DNA of 64,000 bases from Camelus dromedarius (lineage: Eukaryota). The position numbers and the translations under genes were made by a program. The notes under the pieces were generated by a model. That model was not told the DNA's origin, did no database searches, and saw only the letters and a list, made by a program, of their open reading frames with translations. Position 1 is the first letter of the stretch, and each line of letters starts with the position of its first letter. Location of the stretch: assembly GCF_036321535.1 (NCBI RefSeq), contig NC_087472.1, forward strand, positions 97,714,001-97,778,000, written 5' to 3'. Positions 26,001 to 39,290 of this stretch are shown here, piece after piece.

Positions 26001-29000
26001 CTCAAGTCTATGATCCACTTTTATTTAATTTTTGTGAAAGTTATTGGGTCTTTTGCTAGATGATTGATGACGACGATGATGATGATACAGATGGATGCCC
26101 AGTTATTCCATCACCATTTGTTTAAAAAACTATTTTTTATTCATTGAATTGCCTTTAACCTACGTCAAAAATCAGTTGACTGTATTTGTATGGGTATATT
26201 TCTGGGGTCTCTATTCTGCTCCATTCATCTATCTGCTTGTTATTTTACTAGTACCATGCTGTCTTGATTATTGTAGCTTTATAGTAAGCCCTGAAGTTGG
26301 GTATTGTGAGTCCTCCAGGTTGTTCTTGTTCTTCAGTATTATGTTGGCTATTCTAGGTCATTTGTATTTCTACATAAACTTTAGAATGAAACTGTCAATA
26401 TCTACAAAATGGCTTTTTGGGATTTGGATGGGGATTGTATTGAATCTATAGATCAATTTAGGAAGAAGTTACATCTTAATAATCCTAAGTCTTTCAATCC
26501 ATGTACATGGACTATCTCTCCATTTATTCAGATAATTTTTGTTTCTTTCTTTAGAGTTTTGTAGTTTTCTGCATATACAACTTTTTTCAGACTGTTGCCT
26601 AACTATTCCATTTTTTTCCTAGTGCTATTGGAAATGGTGTTTTTTTAAATTTCAAATTCTAAGTGTTCATTGCTAACACATAGGAAAGCAATTGACTTTT
26701 GTATATTAAACTTGTATCCTGCAACCTTGATATGTACTCACTTTTAGATCCAGGAGTTTTTTTGGTTTTTTAATTCTTTGGAATTTTCTATACAGACAAT
26801 CATGTCTTCTGTAAACAAAGACAGTTTTATTTCTTTCTTCCAAACACATAAAACACTTAATCAATTTTCTTGTCTTTTTGCACTGATTAGGACTTCCAGT
26901 ATGATTTTGAATAGGAGAAATGAGAGTTTGTTCCCAATCTTAGGGGAAGAGTGTCCAGTTTATCACCATTAAGTATGATATTAGCTGTAGATATTTGGTA
27001 GCTGGTTGTATTTATACCATTCACGTTTAAAGTGATTATTGATATAGTTGGATTAATACCAACCATGTAATTGATATTTATTGATTTGTTTTTTTGCTGC
27101 ACTTTTTTCTGCCTTCTCTGGTTTTAATTGATTATTTCATGATTCCATCTTTTCTCCACTCTTTGCTCATCTATTATACTTACTCATATAAATTTTAGCA
27201 GTATTTCTAGAGTTAGCAATATGTATTTTTATGTAATATAAATCCTCCTTCAAATTACACTATAATGCTTGAGTTGTAGTGTATGTACACTATAACTGAA
27301 TATTCCCAGTTTCTCCCTCACATCATCCCTTATGCTATTACTGTCATTCAGTTCACTTATCCATTGTTACTAGTAGTACTTTACACAGAGTTATATTTTA
27401 GTTCAATAAAGAATTAAAAATTAAAATACTTTATTTTTTTTTCATTTATTCCTTCTTTGACATTCTTACTTCTTTATTTTGATCCAGGTTTGTAATCTAC
27501 ATCATCTTCCTTCTCCCTGAAGAACTTCTTGTAATATTTCTTGCAAGGCAGGTCTGCTGATGATAAATCCTCTCAGTTCTTGTTTGTATGAGAAAGTATT
27601 TCTCTTTCACTTTTGAAAGATAATTTCACTGGACATAGAATTCTGGGTTGGTGTTTTATTCTTTCAACACTAAATATTTTATTCCACTTGCTTCTTGCTT
27701 ACATGGTTTTTGACAAGAGGTATATACTATAACTCTTATCCTTGTTTCTCTACGGATGAAATGTTTTTTCTCTCTGGTTTTTTTTCACATTTTCTTTTTC
27801 TTTGGTTTTCCGCAGTTTAAATATAATATAAATAGGTATGGTATTTTTAGTATTCATCTGCTTGATGGTCTCTGAGCTTCCTGGATCTGTGATTTGGTTT
27901 CTGTCATTAATTTTAGATAATTCTTGGTCTTCTTACTTCAAATATTTCTTTTTCTTTGTTCTCTCTTCTCCTTTTGGTTTTCTAATTACACACGTTACAC
28001 ATTTTGAAATTGTCCCACAGTTCTTGAATATTCTGTTTCCATTAGGGAAGTTTATTTGGACCTATCTTCAAGTTCACTGATTCTCTACTCAGCCCTGTCA
28101 AAGACATTTATTTCCATTACAGTGTTTCGTTTTAATTTCTAGTGTTCTCTTTTGATTCTTTCTTAGCATTTCCATCTCTCTGCCTACATTATCCATGTTC
28201 CTGCATGTTATCTACTCTTTTCATTAGAACCTTTAAGATATCAATCAACCTTTAAATATCAATTTAAATTTCCTGTCTGATAATTCTAACATCTATGTCA
28301 TTTCTGAGTGTGGTTCTGATACTTGCCCAGTCTCTTCAGTACTTTTTTTTGCCTTTTAGAATGGCTTTTAATTTTTTGTTGAAAACTGGACATGACTTCT
28401 CAAGTAATACTGAGTGAAATAGGCCTTTAGTGTGTTTTATGTTAATCTTTTGGGCGTGTTTAATGTTTTTGGCAGCAGTAGAGACCACAGGATTCAAATT
28501 CTTCCTGTCTCCTTGTCTTTGTCTCTCCTGTAGACTTTAAGTTTCCCTAAATACTCCTCCTCGGAGAGAGTCTATGTCTTATCGTTCATTCGGCTTCATT
28601 CACTGTTATTACATTGGATTCCTGTTTGGTATGGTGATTAAAGTGTTGGGGGACGGAAAGCATGCTATTACCTCATGATTAGATCTTACTCTTTTATTGG
28701 ACCTGTTCCCTAGGCTGTGACCTTCACAAGTGTTCCTTAGCTCGCCGGCCTTGGGTGGGACAGGAAGGCTAAAAGTAGCTGGAATGAGACTGTCCTTCCC
28801 CCTTGTGGGACCAGGCTTTTCTTATGGAGAACACTCTGGGTGTATTTCAAAATGGTTACTCTTCTCCTTGCCCTGCCAGAGCTTTGAGGGCACCTTTCTC
28901 ACCATTTCACACTGGTGATGTTTCTGGAGATAAATTCCATAAAAGTGGGGGGGGGGGGCTCAAAGACTCCAGGATTTTCCCTCGCTCATGCTAGCTCATA

Positions 29001-29279
29001 CTCAAGCCCCAGCAATTAATGAAGATTGTCATTTAAGTGTTCCTTCCAGTTAATGACCTAGTGGTTTCTGATCCAGGTAAGCAAATCTTGACAGTAACTC
29101 TCTGCATCCAACTGTCCCCCCAGATTGGGGGTGGCAGTTTGCTGTGTTGCCTTCGTTCTCTGATAAATAATGAAAAGTAATTGACTTTCAGTTTGCTTAG
29201 CTGAAAGGACAGGAGTTATAAGGACATGAATGACAATTTCTAAGGTCTTTGCATTTTGGTCCTGAAACTGGAATTCCCT
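23093..29279 (-). mobile_element. Ancient L1 (L1MC3/L1MD-like) with long 3'UTR, retained 5' end and ORF1 region, and internally deleted ORF2
   Basis: 11-bp TSD gcaaagttttt (23082-23092, 29280-29290); 3' end 'gttaatgaaccaatattgac...aaagtccatactt'; ORF2 peptides 'ISIITLNVNG' and 'TANIILNG'; 5' terminus 'ctgaaactggaattccc'. Confidence 0.85.
25440..25695 (-). mobile_element. Nested L1MA9/10-like 3' end
   Basis: 'ccagctttattgagatata...aaacatttaagatctactctcttag...agtattgttaactat'; flanked by degenerate TSD ctagcca/ctagtca. Confidence 0.75.
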
Positions 29280-30935
29280 GCAAAGTTTTTCTGTAAAAGG
29301 CCAGACAGTAAATATTTTCAGCTTTGCAGACCATGCGGTCTCTGTTGTAACTAATCAACCCTGTTGTTGCAGCATCAAAGCAACCAGAGAAAATATGTAA
29401 ATGAATGAGTTTGGTGATGTTCATTGTGTTCCAGTAAACCTTTATTTACAAAAACAGGAAACTGGGTGGATTTGACCTGCAGGCCATAGTTTGCTGACCC
29501 CTGATTTAAAGCACAGATGGAAAATCCTGAAAGCTGGAAATCAATTGACAGTTTAATTTGTTGAGTGGATCAATAAATGAGTGAATCTCTCTGCATGTTA
29601 AAATGTCTTCAAGAGATTTGATGATGCCATGAATATGCTTCTCTATTAAAACTATCAATTAGAGACGTTTTAATAACCCATGTGCTTCTGCTATTACAAC
29701 CTTAATCATTCATATATATATATACACCCAAGTTCAAATGAAAAGGGGAAAAAGCCACTTAGTTTTCTCTTGAAATTACTTTTATTTTCTATTTTGCCAA
29801 ATTATAATATTTGGGTCTAAATAATACAAGGCAAACAATGAGATATTTCCACTTAATTACCATTCAAAAATGATAACTTTCCAATGCCTGTAATAAGAAA
29901 TGTAATGAAACCTAAAGCACCTAAGATTCAAGAAATTGTATTCCTCAACAAATCAGCATCTTTAAAAAATACGAGGCCTTCACAGGGTTAAAGAGTTAAA
30001 GCTTCACAGGATAAAAGAGAAAAACAGTACCAGCTAGCCTCATGAATTTAAACTATTTGAAGAGGGAGAGTTATATGAATGAAAAGCATAAATTTTAGCA
30101 GGCCAAATTAATATAACCAAGTTAGGATTTTTGCTACCTAAGTTAAAACTGTCTAATGCCTATAGTAAAAATATACTACTTGGGGAAATCATCCATAGAA
30201 TAAATTTTCTAAAAATCCATAAAATGAAAATGTTTCTCTGTGAAGTATGTAAAACAATATTCCGAAACATTTCCCTCTCTGAATCTACAAATTTCCTCTC
30301 AAACTGCAAATCAGGAAAAGACAGAACCTCGGGTGAATAGTATTTAAGTAAAATATTTTGTGCATGTGATAAATTTGCTCTCTGCCAACTTCTTAGCCCT
30401 GGATTCCACTTTAATTTATTGTTGTCTGGCTTCTGGGAGCTAATCTGTCTTTCCTGAAATTGCCTAAGTCCTCTCTTACTTATTCATTACCTCAACAATT
30501 AGTTCAAGTTGCTAACATACATAAAGGCAGGTGACAGCATTAAGTCAGCAAATGAATATCTGTTATCTGTCTCACTGAGGCTAGGCGGTTCACTTCAATG
30601 ACTACTCTCACTTTTTATCCAAGTTGATGTAAGAGAGCCTTTATGGATGGCAGTAACTGAGTTTCAAAATTCAACTTGTAGAAAACCCAAGTTAGATATT
30701 TTGGCCAGGATACATTGGCTTGTTGTTTACATTTTTTTAATTTCAGTCTTACATATCCTTATTAAGAATATTTATTTACATTGTATTTTTATTATGAATG
30801 TGAATGGACTGTACGTTTCCATTATATGTTGTAATTATTTATTGCTGGTATTGTAGGTAAGGCTTTGAATGTTAATTCAGAACGACCTTGTCAATATCAA
30901 GCCTTTATGTTTATTATATTTGGTTTTCTCAATAG

Positions 30936-31043
30936 ACAGTCGTTATTGGTATGAGCAGAACATGGACTGTATGCAGGAAGTGACAGGAGATGAAAGTGGA
31001 GAGGATGTGAGGTCCATAGCAGCCGTATTTTGATAAGTGACTC
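30936..31043 (+). other. Candidate exon; open frame xSRYWYEQNMDCMQEVTGDESGEDVRSIAAVF*
   Basis: Acceptor 'tttggttttctcaatag'; purine-rich exon-like composition; optional donor GAT|gtgagg after 31006; product not recognised. Confidence 0.3.
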
Positions 31044-31934
31044 CATCCCACTGGCCACGATTGACTGAACCATGTATAGAAACTTGATACATGTGGAGTC
31101 AGCCACTCTCTTTCCTTGGAATTTAAAACTAGAACTTAAAAAAACAAAATATTCCCTGCAAGTGCAAACAACTATAGTATGTAAAGTAAAAAGCTTTGTG
31201 GCAGTCATTTAAAAAGAATATTGTGCGTAGTAGAAGATTTATACAGACCCTCAGAGAGAAAGACAGGACAGATAGAGAGTTCTGGCTGTTTTCCAGGTCT
31301 TTCCTTAAACTGGCTGCATTCCTGCCCTTGAGTTTCATGAGACATCTCTGTATCCTTATAACACAGTGCTCTCTTTTGCTAAAGCTCATTTGATTTGCTT
31401 TCTGTTTCTTGTGACCAAACAACCTAAGATAATGTGTGTTACCATTATCACAGCATCTTTACCAAATTCTGCTGTAATTATTTACCTCCCCATCAAGATT
31501 CTTGAAGTAAGTGGCTAAAGCTTATTTTTTCCATATCCCCATCACTGAGTCAGCACTCAGCAAACATCTGCAAAGTGATGAAAGAGAAAAGCTTGTCTGG
31601 GTAGGAGACACAGCATGATGAAGCCTGCTACAACAGCTATTCCTTCTCATATGGAAATGTTTCTTTATGAACTATTTATTTAAGTCCTTAGAAGAGCCGT
31701 TCACAAATTGCATTCAGTGGCTACCCACTGGCTCAAGATAAGAGTAAGTGTTCAGTGCAAAATGGTTCCACAGTAGTTATGTATGTAAAATACTGTGTTA
31801 CACAGAGTTAGCAGCTTTCTTTACCAAAGTAATTTTCAGAGCTTTTAACATGATACAGATATACTACAAATCTTTAAGAAGGTGATAAAACAATCAAAAT
31901 TTCCCAAACTCTTTGGCCATGAGATCATTTTACC

Positions 31935-32828
31935 ACATAACTACACAGAACTCAACAACAACAGCAACCCTGAGTTAACAACAGGCAAAGGACTAGAATA
32001 GACATTTTTCCGAAGAAGATACTTTTTTTAAAAAAGCCAGCAAGCACATAAAAAGATGCTCAATATCACTAATCATTAGTTAAATACAAATCAAAGCCAC
32101 AGTGGAATACTACCTCCCACCCATTAGGATGGCTACTATTTTTTTAAAGTACATAACATTGGTAAGGATGTAGAGAAATTGGAACCTTTGTGCACCACTG
32201 GTAGCAATGTAGAATGGTACAGCCACTATGGAAAACAGATTTTCAGTTTCTCAAAAAATTAAAAATAGAATTACCATATGATCCAGCAATTCCACTTCTA
32301 AGTATATACCCAAAATAATTGAAAGCAGACTCTCAAATAGATATTTGTACAACCCTGTCCATAGCAGTATTGTGCGCAATATCCAAAAGGTGGAAGCAAC
32401 CCAACTGTCCATCTGCGGATGAATGGATAAACAAAACGTGCTACAAACATACAGTGGATTGTTATTTAGCCTTAAAAAGGAAGGAAATTTTGACACATAT
32501 TACAACATGAATGAACCTTGATAACATTATGCTAAGTGAAATAAGCCAGTCACAAAAAAACCACAAATAATGTATGATTCCATTTACATGTGGTATCTAG
32601 AGTAATCAAAATTATAGATACGAAAAATAGAATGGTGGTGGTCAGGGACTGGGAGGAGAGAGGAATGGGGACTTGTAGTTTAATAGATACAGAGTTTCAG
32701 TTTTACAAAATGAACATTCTGGAGATTTGTTGCACAACAATATGAATTTACTTGACACTACTGAACTGTACACTTAAAAATGGTGAAGATAGTAAATTTT
32801 ATGTTATGTATATTTTACTGCAATTAAA
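31935..32828 (+). mobile_element. L1MB-like 3' fragment (ORF2 C-terminus plus 3'UTR)
   Basis: 'aaaagatgctcaatatcactaatcattag', peptide 'AISKRWKQPNCPSADEWINK', 3'UTR 'actgaactgtacacttaaaaatgg'. Confidence 0.9.
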
Positions 32829-34506
32829 GTTTTTCCAACTTCACAGAACAGTATCCTCAGAAAAAATATTTTTAGAAACAATGCCAAGACAATTTCATGG
32901 TGTTTTGCTCCCAAAAGCACACACATGGGAGCAAAGCCATTCTTAGAGGAAGAAATGGTGATGGTTAACTTTCCTTTCCTGTGAAATTTCCAGCATAGTA
33001 ACTTTTAAGGTAATCAGTGTAATGTAGCACCCATGTGTTTTCTCTTACTTGAGAGTGGATGAAAATCAATTACATTTTGTTTCCTGATAGGTAGGTCTTA
33101 TTATTCTATTATTATGTTGGCCTCTTCTTTCCATCTTTAAATATATGGTATCAGGGAATGATGACATGGAGAGAAGGTTCAGGGCTGATAAACAGCAACC
33201 ATCTCGTCTACCTACTCCCCTAATTTAGTAGCCACAACACATAGCCCCAAGGAGACCTCTAATGGCAAGTGTAGGCTCCTAAGGGTCTAACAATAGTGGC
33301 TAAACTTCTAGCTACCAAGGTTTGGGTAAATTTAATCTGAGAAAAATCGTCTTAATCTCCAAAGTTTCTCTTTCACTTCTGACCATATATTTTAAGGGAC
33401 AATGAAAACTCAGCTACTTATAATCCTACTGCTGCCACTTTCGAGCCTTTATCCCATCACATAATCTCTCAGTGGCTGTTGTCTTCTCTTAAACCTGGAG
33501 CCAGTAGCAGAACAACCTTCTTGAATCTACCCTGAAGAGTAATGAATAGAAATGAGTTATAAATATAAAATGATGTATAAATCTTTTAGCACCAGAAACT
33601 TGGGATGTTTTAAGTACACAAGGGACAGACTAATAAGACTATCAATCCTGTCTCCAATGTATAGACATTTAGAAAGTGGGATCCCATCCATCCCTGGCTC
33701 TTAGAGTGTCGGTTTAAAAAAAAAACCTATGATTTCCATCAATGTAGAGAAATGTGCCCTTTTGCCTTTCTTTCTGGAGCTAATTTAATGAATTTTCCTG
33801 TAAATGCTAAGGCCATGAGAGATGGGGTTACATTTTATCTACAACGTAGCTAGACTGATAATGGACAGTTTTCTTAATTCAGAGAGTATTCAGTTCTACA
33901 GAGATGCTGCTCTGCTCGCATCTGGCCACACTAAAGGTGTCAGATTGAGTATTAATGATAAGGTTGTTTGCGTATTATATGCTGAAAGTAAAACATTTCA
34001 AATTAAAAAGGATCAAGACTGACAGTTTAAAACCTTAATGGGGTACTATTTTCAACTATGTTGAGTTTTAATGTTGAAAAACTTAACCAGGGCCCAATAT
34101 TTAAAATTATATTTCTCTGTGAATTCTGAAAATATGATAAAAGTTGTTTTTCTGTTGTTCAAGGACTGAGCAACTCTCAATTGTGCCAAATTCCAATTAT
34201 GTAACTTTTTAAACACAATCTGTAGGCTTATACCTACCAAAATTTTACTTGTAAGTAAGAAATCCATATTAAAGAGGCATGTGTGCTTATGTGCAACTAA
34301 CTTAAGGGCCATTGCATATAACCTTCCGGCACTGAGTTAATAAAAAAGAAAACCATTTAGCTAGTAGTTCTGAAAGTACCTTCCTAGTCTATTGGAAGAA
34401 ATTTCTATTGACCCAGTCAGCTGAATCATTACCACACCGATGCAGTATACCGGTAATTTGTCTTAAATGTACAGCACTCTAGTTTTTGAGGAAATTAAAA
34501 AAGAGA

Positions 34507-34544
34507 TACACATCCCTGCAGGTCTACACATCCCTGCAGGTCTA
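34507..34544. repeat. 18-bp perfect tandem duplication (tacacatccctgcaggtc x2)
   Basis: Seen directly. Confidence 0.95.
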
Positions 34545-36175
34545 GTCCTGTAGTAAAGTTGCTGGTATCCCACCCCAATACATCTTCCTCTCAATTTACC
34601 ATTTGTATGCTGGTCTATAATCCTAGAGACAGTGTTTCCGCTGTTGAGGGAAATGAGAGAGCGTTTGAGACATTTTTCCTTCTTTTTCCTTCATGAGCCC
34701 AAGAAACAATGTTCATATAGCCTTCTTAGGTGTAAAAGAAATAATGAAGTAGATTAGCCACCTCTTTTTTACTGTCAATCAGAATTGAGCTTAAAAGAAA
34801 AAAAGAAGAAAGCAGTAAAATATTCCTCATTTCCACTTTCCTTTCTTTCTCCTTCTCCTTTATGCCTCTGACTAGCTTATTCAGCAGGAGACAGAACACT
34901 GGCTGAAATTGAGGAAAGGACCTCAGAAAAGCCATCACTGTACAGATAAGCAAACATTTTCTTGGTTACCAGGTGACTCCAAGGCCAGGTTGAGCCGCCA
35001 ATTGAGTCAAAACCATGTGTACTTGTAGTTAGAAGCTGAGCCAAATCAAAACTACAACAAAAATTTAAAACTAAAAACATTGTGACATCCTTTGTTGGAC
35101 CACCAGAAAGACAGGTGGATACTTTGTTGAACATTATCAGAGGCCATTTTGGCTGAAATATATCTCATATTCCTTCCGCATTTCAGCATCACCACCCAGA
35201 TAAATGGAGCCTACCTAATCCCCAATAAATCATCAGTGACTTTTCTCTTTAAAATGACAGGTCTTCTTATTATCATTTCAAACCAGAGAGCCTACTGAAA
35301 ATACTAGGTACTTTCCTACAGAGGTGCATTAGATTAGGGAAGAATAGCAGGTAAATTCTGACCTCTACAACTGAGACATGAGTTTCACTGATCACTATAA
35401 AAAATATTTTCAATTACTTAATGAGAAAAACCCCTCTATTTGTGTTTGCGAATCATCACTATCACTGCTGGTTAAGATGTTCTTCTCTCTAGTGATTCTT
35501 GACTGAAAAAGGTCAGTAGAAATACTTAGACACATAGTCACAAAAAATCTTACATCTGAGCCCGTCTATGTTCTAAAGACTTGAAGACCAAAAAAAAAAA
35601 AAAAAAAAAATCCTTTTAAAAGGCAAAAATCAGCTTCAGAACCCAATTTTCAGATTATAAAAGGTTAATTCCTTCTCTTCTGACCCGATCACAACTTTGG
35701 AGGCCCAGCTATAGCAAGAAGCTTATCATATTCCATTTAGCACGGGCTAGCCTCCTATAATTACAGCTTTAAAATGTTTTCTAGGCTTCATACACTTGTC
35801 TAGAAAAGAACAGTTGGAGTAATAATAATAAGGTATCCTCCAAAGGAAAAAAAAAACTTTCACCTTCTGAAATTGAAGTCTTTGTGGCTTCTCATAGAAA
35901 TCTGGTTCTTTCTCATAACATTTCGTGGTCAGGGCAAAATCACTGTCGGTAGCAGCAACATAAGTTTCATCACTCAGTGACCTGGGCATAGGGCTGTTTC
36001 TCTCTGGTTTCAAGGCGGGAAGACTGCCAGGACCACAAGCACTCCCAAGTGAAAGGCCGTGCTTGACGCACTTACCATAGGAGTTGGATGATGTTTCAGA
36101 GCACAGATGCCAGGAATTTTGTTTTGTTTTCCTTTTAATTTCATCATGCTTTTAAAACCATTTTTCTTTCTACAG

Positions 36176-36237
36176 GCCCCTGTAATGCGTTTGAAAAGAT
36201 CCATTCTCCTGAGTCATCCAAGAGGACGGAGAACACG
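36176..36237 (+). other. Candidate 62-nt exon
   Basis: Strong acceptor 'ccatttttctttctacag' and donor 'ACG|gtgagc'; two frames open (APVMRLKRSILLSHPRGRRT or PCNAFEKIHSPESSKRTENT). Confidence 0.4.
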
Positions 36238-36619
36238 GTGAGCTTTCAGCTGAACGGGAGACTGTCCCTCCTCTGCCTGGTGAGAAGTGGCTCTCTAAGT
36301 GCCTTATATGTTCAACCTGTAGTTAATTCCACTCCCACTCTACCCACACTGGTAATGAAGACAAATAGCACTGCAGTCTTTGGGTATAGCCTCAATGTTT
36401 ACTTCTGCTTACAGCCAAGGATCTACGGCTCAGACTCTGGGAACTATAAAAATCATTTTGGAGAAGAAATTTTTGACTCCCTACCTCTTCTTTATCTTTG
36501 CCCCAGAGGAGGAGGGCCACAGCAGTGGTTAAGAAAGCTGAAACAAGGAGAGAGGGTGCACAAAATCTGAATGCACCCTTAATCTGACTTCTGACATTCT
36601 ATTATGTACAGTTAATTGC

Positions 36620-37091
36620 AACTGTTACTTATCAAGTATGGCCGATCTCCACGCCCCCAACCACCACACCCAGATCTCCTCAGCCTTTACCATTTCTGGG
36701 CCTGCCAACTGGCAGCATCTGCCTTTCTTTGCCCTTGGGCTTTCTCTGGACTTAAACTCCTCCATGCTTCTATTCCCCCATATAAACATGAGGCCAGAAA
36801 TGCCCCCAAATAAATGCCTCCCTATAAGAACAGCCTTTGACTAGTGACAGACTGAAGTTGGTACATAAATATCTCAGTGCCCTTGTCCCTCAGGTGGGAT
36901 TATCTCTCAGGTATTGTCCTACTCTGGGTCCCAGAGTTCCCCAGTGAGATTAAGTTCCAGTTGCCCACAGTAGTAATAATACAACTTTTTTGTCTGTTCC
37001 CAGCTCCTCCACAGTGTCCTCTACTGAGATCACACCCGGAATAAACCACTTGCAGTTGAATGTGTGTCCATGGGTTGGCTTCTAAGACACA
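36620..37091 (+). mobile_element. ERVL solo LTR (LTR16-like)
   Basis: 'cctcaggtgggattatctctcagg...cccagagttccccagtgagattaagttccagttgcccacagtagtaa' and 'aataaaccacttgca...aagaca'. Confidence 0.8.
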
Positions 37092-37418
37092 GTTTCTGGA
37101 TGTGGACTCTAAAAGAAGAGGATGAGCTGCTTTGTTAGGTGAGGTTCAGCTACAGACATTCCAGTCTCTCTTACATACCTCCCTCAAAGAATATTAGCCT
37201 CTTACGGCAGCTTTCCCCCCGCTATGATTAAACTTTATTTGATTTCATTTGGATATAAATGGCAGGGCTGGCTCCTGCCTCTTACCCCAACATCTGCTTC
37301 ATCTCCCTCTGTTCCAGGTTGGTGGATCTTTTGATAATCACCCTAACATACCCATAGATTTAGTTTCACTCAACTTCTGAGACCTCATAGCGGTCTTTCA
37401 ACACACACACACACACAC

Positions 37419-37560
37419 GGAGTTCTTAACATTTTTTATGCTATGAAATCCTTTGACAGCCTGTGGACACATCTAAGAATGTTTTTAAAGTCATAAAATT
37501 AAATATATCAGATTACAAAGGAAAAAAGTTACAATGAAATATGATTTATAACCTGGACTT
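37419..37560 (+). mobile_element. hAT-Charlie fragment (Charlie4/MER80-like)
   Basis: 'gagttcttaacattttttatgctatg...aatgtttttaaagtcataaaattaaatatatcagattacaaaggaaa'. Confidence 0.55.
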
Positions 37561-37750
37561 CAGATAAGAGTAATTCCTATGTACATACATATAAGCTCAA
37601 AGAATTTTAACCCTTATCATTTCTCATCATTTCCTTCATAAAGCAGTGAGACTTATTAATTCATGATTTCACACAATTTTTGACTTCCAGGACCCTTCAG
37701 ACTCTCCAGTGCCAAGATCAGAGTAAAGATTTTCTGCTTATCATTGTTGG

Positions 37751-37790
37751 CCCTGATTTAATGTCTCACCCCCTGATTTAATGTCTCGCC
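37751..37790. repeat. 20-bp tandem duplication, one mismatch
   Basis: ccctgatttaatgtctcacc / ccctgatttaatgtctcgcc. Confidence 0.95.
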
Positions 37791-39003
37791 TCTGCCTTTT
37801 TTCCCTCTTCTCGGTAGGACCCTCTTATATTAGTGCCACCCCTATGGACTGGTCAGTTACTTGGCTAGCTTTCTGCCCTGACATGAGATTGCTGACTGCC
37901 CTAAATCCCTTCTTGCTCCTTGTAGCTTCATATCTTTCAATATTTCCTCCTAAGGCCCCCTTGCTTTTGAACAGAGATACCATTTACAATGTCTGTAATT
38001 TTCTTTAAAATACACCAGCAAAGACTACATGATACAAATGTGTCAGTTTTAATCTACCCTTAGGAGCAATGATCCTAATCAAGAATCCATATCCCAGAAA
38101 CGATGAGGTAACAATAAGAAAGGTCATTCCAGGGATGGCTGCTACAAATAACCTCACTATCTTTATCTTCCATCAACACTAGAAGTTTTGCTAATTAGTT
38201 TAATCAATGGTAGAAATGGATTTTCATTAGTGAAATTTATAGCTTGCTAATTAGGCTAAGCAATGTTAGAAATGGGCTCTCATAGGTGCAGTTGGTGGTA
38301 TTCAAGATGTATTTATTGGCTAAAATACTTTAAAGATACTATCCATCTTTGAGTAAACAAAGTATGAGAATCCAGCAAGCCCTTTATATTTATCATTAGT
38401 TTTGGCACAGAACCCAGTTGTTCTGGAATATTCCTGATCATCTTTGTATAGTTGATGGTTAGTCAGCCCCACCACTACAGTAATTTTGTATTTCTCTCAG
38501 GTGAACCTTTTATGCATGTTACTTGTGGACTACCAGAAATGACAGAACCTAGGGTTTCTTTAGTTTGGGATTATATGGCTTTTCTTGCCTGCTTGTTAAT
38601 AAATGTCTGTTAATAAGCTATGAATGGGTAGCAGGATTTGGTCTGAGACTTTCTTTTATTACCAAGTTGTAGGAGAGATGCCAGCCCTCACCTACCTCTA
38701 AGATTTGGTGATTCCTGAGTTTCCAAAATGAGCCTAAGAATTGTGATGATCAAACTGCCTGACCTCCTCACCCTAGTTCTTAATCACAGAATAGTAAAGA
38801 TTTCCCATTATGCACAAGACTATCTTGTTGAATACCCTGATGCTAACCATTTTCCACAATGAGGATTGGGATTGTTTCATGCCATTGGGCCGTCCCCTTT
38901 GGTCCCAACTCTGGATTTGGGTGAGTCTTTCCTAACCTTCATCTTGTCCTAGATAATAGGTTTCACTCCTGCTATGGCAGTTCCTTACCATTACTGGTGT
39001 CAA

Positions 39004-39290
39004 ATTCATTCACTCACTTATTCAATAATTATTCATTGAATACCTTCTGTGTACTATATGGTGTTGTAGACCCAGAGGATATTTCAGTCAATAAAACAGA
39101 TAAGATCATGTGATTAAAGATTGAACAAATTGATAAATAATTTCAAATAGCAGTAAGTGCAGCACAAAAATGAAATAAGATTATGGGATGTGGCATTAGA
39201 ACAGGGGGCTGGCTATTTTGGAAAGAGCGGTCAAAGAAAGCCACTTTGAGGGTTAATAAGAAGCACACTAAGCAAAGATCTAATAATTCT
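39004..39290 (-). mobile_element. L2 fragment
   Basis: 'attcattcactcacttattcaataattattcattgaatacc...tgtactatatggtgttgtag'. Confidence 0.6.

Larger units (their letters stand above)
23074..29503 (+). mobile_element. MER58A-like hAT element split by a 6.2-kb L1 (parts 23074-23092 and 29280-29503)
   Basis: Left TIR 'tagggtcagcaaag'; body resumes at 29281 'caaagtttttctgtaaaaggccagacagtaaatatttt...gtttgctgacccctg'; outer 8-bp TSD acttaaag/atttaaag. Confidence 0.85.

Noticed and set aside
35747..36013. 88-aa minus-strand ORF with a protein-like stretch (SLSDETYVAATDSDF...)
   Set aside because: It has a non-ATG start, no convincing flanking splice sites, and is not recognised.
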